A stretch of DNA of 47,393 nt from Candidatus Woesearchaeota archaeon CG10_big_fil_rev_8_21_14_0_10_33_12 (GTDB lineage: Archaea; Nanobdellota; Nanobdellia; Woesearchaeales; CG1-02-33-12): NCBI GenBank assembly GCA_002762865.1, contig PCYE01000003.1, forward strand, positions 1 through 47,393, read 5' to 3'. Numbering within the stretch: the stretch's first letter is position 1; each line of letters begins with the position of its first letter. The translations under genes and the position numbers were made by a program. Positions 43,752 to 47,393 of this stretch are shown piece by piece. Under the pieces are notes generated by a model. It made no database searches, had not been told where the DNA came from, and worked only from the letters and a program-made list of their open reading frames with translations.

Positions 43752-45152
43752 ATGAAAAAAACAATTGTTATGTATGTTTTGGTGTTAGTGCTTATAGGTA
43801 TGTTTTCAGGTTTTGCACAAGCAGCGAGCGATACTAAACTAATTATTGTTAGCTTGGTAAACCAGGATCCAGACCCAGCAATCGCAGGTGATACTGTTGA
43901 AGTAAGGATTGGTGTTGAAAACAGGGGAGGAGTTCCTGCAGAAGATCTTGTATTAGAGTTTGTCCCCCAATATCCTTTTATTGCAGTTACAGGAGAAAAC
44001 AATGTCAAAAAAGTCGGAACACTTAGCGCATATCAGTATGATGCCGATATGAAGATTATAAAATTTAAAGTAAGGGTTGACAGGGATGCTACTGCTGGGC
44101 AATATGAAATGAAAATAAAGGAGTATGAAGAAGGAAACACAGCTGTTAGTTCTACAAGGAGCATTAATATAGAAGTAAAAAGCAAGGAGAGTGCAGAAAT
44201 AATCCATATTGACAAAACAACACTTATCCCTGGAAAGGAAACCAGCCTTAAGTTCACTATAAACAATGTTGGCAGCGCTTCATTAAGAGACCTTACTTTC
44301 AGCTGGGTAAATGAAGATAACATTGTTCTTCCTGTGGGAAGCGATAACACAAAGTATGTTAAGTACATTGATGTTGGCGACAGTGCTGAACTAGACTATC
44401 AGGTTATTGCTGATTCAAATGCTGAAGCAGGATTATACAAGTTAGATTTGACCTTAGTTTATGACGATCCTGCAAGCGACACAGAAAAAGAGATTAACAC
44501 AATTGCTGGAGTGTATATCGGTGGAGGAACTGATTTTGATATTGCATTTTCTGAAACCTCAAGTGGCCAGACTTCATTTACTATTGCTAATATCGGCAGC
44601 AATCCTGCATCCTCTGTTTCAGTAATTGTTCCTCAACAGGAAGGATGGACAGTCTCTGGCTCTAATTCGATGATAATTGGAAACTTGAATACAGGAGACT
44701 ACACTGTTGCTAGCTTTGAATTGCAATCCTCACAATCAGGGATGGATGCTACAGGCCAGCAAAAGAATATGACACAAGAAGAATTAATGGCGCAAAGAAC
44801 GCAAACACAAGGCTATCTAAAAATTCAAATAGCTTACACAGACACAATGGGAGAAAGAAAATTAGTTGAGAAAGAGGTAAGCATGAACTCTCAAAATTTA
44901 GTGGGAACAACAACAGATTCAGAAGCCACAACAACTCAAGCAACAATGGCTAACTTTAGAGGAAGAGGAATGGTTCAGCAGAAGAGTTTCTTTTCTATGT
45001 ATAAATGGTATATTATGGTACTGGCTGTTTTGGTAGTTTTTGGCTCAGCGTTTTGGAAATACAGAAAAGAAAAACTCCTTGATCCAACTTTTAAATTTAA
45101 GGATGTCTTTAAAATTAAGACTATCTTCAAGAAAAAGAACAAAGCAAGATGA
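43752..45152 (+). CDS. Cell-surface protein with repeated CARDB/COG1361-like beta domains and a C-terminal TM anchor
   Basis: A signal peptide is present. The NQDPDPAIAGDTVEVRIGVENRGGVPAEDLVLEF-type block is repeated: KETSLKFTINNVGSASLRDLTF and TSFTIANIGSNPASSVSV. The C-terminal TM helix is WYIMVLAVLVVFGSAFW. Confidence 0.7.
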   Translation: MKKTIVMYVLVLVLIGMFSGFAQAASDTKLIIVSLVNQDPDPAIAGDTVEVRIGVENRGGVPAEDLVLEFVPQYPFIAVTGENNVKKVGTLSAYQYDADMKIIKFKVRVDRDATAGQYEMKIKEYEEGNTAVSSTRSINIEVKSKESAEIIHIDKTTLIPGKETSLKFTINNVGSASLRDLTFSWVNEDNIVLPVGSDNTKYVKYIDVGDSAELDYQVIADSNAEAGLYKLDLTLVYDDPASDTEKEINTIAGVYIGGGTDFDIAFSETSSGQTSFTIANIGSNPASSVSVIVPQQEGWTVSGSNSMIIGNLNTGDYTVASFELQSSQSGMDATGQQKNMTQEELMAQRTQTQGYLKIQIAYTDTMGERKLVEKEVSMNSQNLVGTTTDSEATTTQATMANFRGRGMVQQKSFFSMYKWYIMVLAVLVVFGSAFWKYRKEKLLDPTFKFKDVFKIKTIFKKKNKAR

Positions 45153-46387
45153 AGCTAATTAAGTGCCTGAAGCATGCCTTTGGAATGGTGCTGCACAGCA
45201 AGGTTAGAAGCTGGCTGACAATCCTTGGAATAGTGATAGGCGTTGCCTCAGTTGTAGCAATCATGTCCATAGGCGGTAGCATGCAAGATACAATGACTGA
45301 GCAGCTTGGCGGGCTTGGCGGAGATATTCTGACTTTGACTGCGGGCTTTTCAAGAGGGATGAGCATGTTTGGTATGGGTGATGGTGAAGGCCCTGAAGGA
45401 GGAGGTTCAACAGCAACTGATGAAGAGCCTGTTCTTGACAGGACTGATGTCCAGGCCCTGAGAGCAATACCTGACATTGAAGCCTTTGACACCCAGATTA
45501 GCGGAAGTGTTGAAGTGAGTTACCTTGGGAAATCTGGTTCTGTCCGCTTGACTGGAGTTGACCAAAAAGTCTGGTCAAGGGTAACAACTTCAGAAATAGG
45601 AGAAGGCAGAATGCTTGATTCTGCTGACCAAAATGTAATTGTTATAGGTGGAAAATTAGCTGAATCCTATTTTGATAAGCCTATTGGGCTTAATCAGATG
45701 GTTACAATAGAAGAAAATGTTTTTAGGGTTGTAGGAATACTTGATGATACAAGCACTAACATCTATATGCCAATACAAATGGCTTACCAAATGCTTGATG
45801 ACAAAGAAAATGGAATTTATGATTCTATTGTCATAAAAGTAAAAGACGAAGAAAAGTTAAATGAAACTATTGGAAAGATAGAAACAAAACTAATGATGAT
45901 AAGGCATGTCACTGAAAAAACAAAGGACTTTTCAATAAGTTCAAGTAAGCAGATGCAGGAAACAAGATCAGAGATGATGTCCTCAATGAATTCTTTTTTA
46001 ATAGCTATTGCAGCTGTCTCATTGATTGTTGGGGCTGTTGGAGTAGCAAATTCAATGTTCACTTCTGTCCTTGAAAAAACTAAAGAAATTGGTATAATGA
46101 AATCTATAGGGGCAAGGAACAAAGATATCCTGTCTATTTTCCTGTTCAATGCTGCACTTATCGGTCTTGTCGGAGGATTTCTCGGGGTTATTTTTGGAAC
46201 AATCCTTTCCGCGATGTTGCCGGCGCTGATGGGTGAAACAAGTATGCTCAGAGGGGGAACATTTGTTTCAGTAAATTCAATAATTATAGCACTTTCAGTC
46301 TCAGTAATTATCGGAATAATTGCAGGCTTTGTTCCTGCATACCAAGCCTCAAAGCTAAAGCCGGTTGATGCATTACGATACGAGTGA
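45149..46387 (+). CDS. ABC transporter permease, FtsX/MacB family with a large extracytoplasmic domain
   Basis: The N-terminal TM is followed by a ~230-aa loop and three C-terminal TMs. EKTKEIGIMKSIGARNKDIL is the FtsX-family signature. It overlaps the upstream gene as ATGA. Confidence 0.88.
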   Translation: MKLIKCLKHAFGMVLHSKVRSWLTILGIVIGVASVVAIMSIGGSMQDTMTEQLGGLGGDILTLTAGFSRGMSMFGMGDGEGPEGGGSTATDEEPVLDRTDVQALRAIPDIEAFDTQISGSVEVSYLGKSGSVRLTGVDQKVWSRVTTSEIGEGRMLDSADQNVIVIGGKLAESYFDKPIGLNQMVTIEENVFRVVGILDDTSTNIYMPIQMAYQMLDDKENGIYDSIVIKVKDEEKLNETIGKIETKLMMIRHVTEKTKDFSISSSKQMQETRSEMMSSMNSFLIAIAAVSLIVGAVGVANSMFTSVLEKTKEIGIMKSIGARNKDILSIFLFNAALIGLVGGFLGVIFGTILSAMLPALMGETSMLRGGTFVSVNSIIIALSVSVIIGIIAGFVPAYQASKLKPVDALRYE

Positions 46388-46404
46388 AATGAGTATCGCT
46401 AATG
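46371..46404 (+). terminator. Stem-loop spanning the permease stop codon (candidate terminator)
   Basis: cattacgatac(46371-81)/gtatcgctaatg(46393-404) forms 11 bp with one bulged C. No clear T-run follows, so its function is uncertain. Confidence 0.25.
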
Positions 46405-46475
46405 TCAAGGAACGAAGTGACAGACGCTTAGGTATGAGTAAGAATTTTGATAAAAATTAGAAAAAGTTTTTTTAA

Positions 46476-46751
46476 CTAACCAATAGCCCTTCTGACATCT
46501 ATTACTTCGGCAGAGCTTACTCCTTCTATTGATGACACGTTCTGCTCAAGCCTGTCAGTGCTTCCAATGTCTTCATTGCTTACAAATATCAGGTTAAGGG
46601 CTTTTAAGCCAAATGCAATGGGCTCTATTTCAACTTTCCCCACTTCGCCGCCATACTCTGCAATAAATATCTTAGCTTTCTCTTCTATTGCTTTTAAGTC
46701 TGTCTCAGGGTTTTCAGGCATTATCCTAAGTGTTATTACTACATCTGCCAT
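46476..46751 (-). CDS. ef1b: Translation elongation factor aEF-1 beta
   Basis: MADVVITLRIMPENPETDL...FGLKALNLIF fits the ~90-aa archaeal EF-1beta. I prefer the start at MADVV over the track's 46778, which overlaps the upstream Zn-ribbon gene. Confidence 0.85.
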   Translation of the reverse strand: MADVVITLRIMPENPETDLKAIEEKAKIFIAEYGGEVGKVEIEPIAFGLKALNLIFVSNEDIGSTDRLEQNVSSIEGVSSAEVIDVRRAIG

Positions 46752-46755
46752 TTTT

Positions 46756-46932
46756 CTAGTTTGGGCCTGTAAAACCACATTCAGGGCACGTATACATTGC
46801 TGCTATCTCCCTACAGTGCTTACAGCGTACTATTTCAGATTTACCGCAGTTAGGGCACTTAAATACTGCCGCTCCTTCTTTATTTGTCATTCTCTTATTG
46901 CAAGAAGAGCAAGTAAGTTCTTTTTCATCCAT
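46756..46932 (-). CDS. Small zinc-ribbon protein with four CxxC motifs (COG2888-like, HVO_2753-type); not in the ORF track
   Basis: The hand translation is MDEKELTCSSCNKRMTNKEGAAVFKCPNCGKSEIVRCKHCREIAAMYTCPECGFTGPN* (58 aa). Its stop lies 4 nt before the aEF-1beta start, the conserved archaeal gene pairing as I recall it. Confidence 0.75.
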   Translation of the reverse strand: MDEKELTCSSCNKRMTNKEGAAVFKCPNCGKSEIVRCKHCREIAAMYTCPECGFTGPN

Positions 46933-47079
46933 TTTAATTACCTCAATTAGTATAATATAACAAAATGGTTCTTTTAGCTAACTTAAAAACCTTATGATTT
47001 TATATAAAGTAGTTATAATATAATTACTATTTAAAAAGTATAACAAAAGTTTTTAAATAAATAAAAAAATGTTATTCAT

Positions 47080-47393
47080 ATGCCTATAGTTAAACAACAT
47101 CTTAAAGACTTAGAATTGCCAGACCTTCCTGATTTTAAAGTTAAAGAAAAAATTCCTGTTTCTAAATCAATTGAAAAAAATGAGTTAGATAAAAGTGTTG
47201 AGAAACCAAAATCAATAAAAAAACTCCCTAAAGAAAAAGTGCAAGAAAAAAAATTGAAAAGTAAACCAATGGAGAAAAAGATAAAACCAGAGCACCATTT
47301 TATCTTAAAGGGAGGCCATAGGATTAAAAACATGAAGGAACTTAAAGAGTCAATTAAGTTTATGGATAAATCCACATTTGATCATCATGTAAA
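47080..47393 (+). CDS. Partial CDS running off the window: paralog C of the F..G..KN..L...M...F.HHV domain, with a Lys/Glu-rich N-terminal extension
   Basis: The hand translation is MPIVKQHLKDLELPDLPDFKVKEK...KPEHHFILKGGHRIKNMKELKESIKFMDKSTFDHHV.., open to the window end. It aligns with paralogs A and B. The opposite-strand tracked ORF 47076-47375 is low-complexity shadow. Confidence 0.6.
   Translation, partial: MPIVKQHLKDLELPDLPDFKVKEKIPVSKSIEKNELDKSVEKPKSIKKLPKEKVQEKKLKSKPMEKKIKPEHHFILKGGHRIKNMKELKESIKFMDKSTFDHHV

Noticed and set aside
46558-46950. A 130-aa plus-strand ORF, and the extended 100-aa version of the aEF-1beta ORF (start 46778)
   Set aside because: The region is fully explained on the minus strand by aEF-1beta, starting at MADVV (46751), plus a conserved 4xCxxC zinc-ribbon gene (46756-46932).
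47076-47375. A 99-aa minus-strand ORF at the window end
   Set aside because: Its product is Phe/Ser/Leu-rich and low-complexity. The plus strand encodes a third copy of the F..G..KN..L...M...F.HHV domain with a proper ATG, and that reading is preferred.
1-47393. A CRISPR array, rRNA genes or prophage-like gene blocks
   Set aside because: By eye there are no regularly spaced direct repeats with unique spacers. There are no long GC-rich rRNA-like stretches and no capsid, terminase or integrase-like ORFs. The only mobile DNA seen is the IS200-type element.

Overview
This is a compact, AT-rich archaeal chromosome segment with about 60 genes and mostly very short or overlapping intergenic gaps. 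The archaeal call rests on aIF5A, aIF5B, aRF1, aEF-1beta, eL40, eL43, RpoP, Pcc1, prefoldin beta, Trm1, an EndoQ-like nuclease, a class-III-signal pilin and a tRNA with two introns. Small proteins, trimmed domains and frequent GGAGGTG-type Shine-Dalgarno sites suggest a small-genome, possibly DPANN-like archaeon; that placement is inference only. All calls come from reading motifs by eye, with no database search.

Main blocks:
1. thrS, srp54 and dus (0.3-4.8 kb).
2. A divergent two-operon glycogen/alpha-glucan island (4.9-14.2 kb). It holds a GH57 enzyme, an SDR, a GT4/5-type synthase, an Lrp-like regulator with no usable start codon, a eukaryote-type GT3 glycogen synthase, a GalT-type HIT transferase and a GDE-type debranching enzyme. 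It also holds two tandem copies of an uncharacterised F..G..KN..L...M...F.HHV...NDF.W domain. A third copy is cut by the window end.
3. A DNA-repair cluster with EndoQ-like, Nth and an MJ0936-type phosphoesterase.
4. An unusual 540-bp spacer that is almost pure A/T, flanked by a 31-aa Lys-rich micro-ORF.
5. Sugar and central-metabolism genes: PfkB kinase, Isf flavoprotein, class I aldolase and PEP synthase.
6. A translation/KEOPS/prefoldin block containing tRNA-Pro(UGG) with two introns.
7. A RelA/SpoT-domain (alarmone-synthetase/toxSAS-like) protein with an unrecognised N-terminal domain, sitting next to an IS200-type element with conserved end hairpins. I consider this the most interesting candidate in the window.
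8. A MacB-like ABC / COG1361-like surface protein / FtsX operon with accessory secreted proteins.

Three short conserved genes missing from the ORF track were recovered by hand: eL40, RpoP and the 4xCxxC zinc-ribbon next to aEF-1beta.
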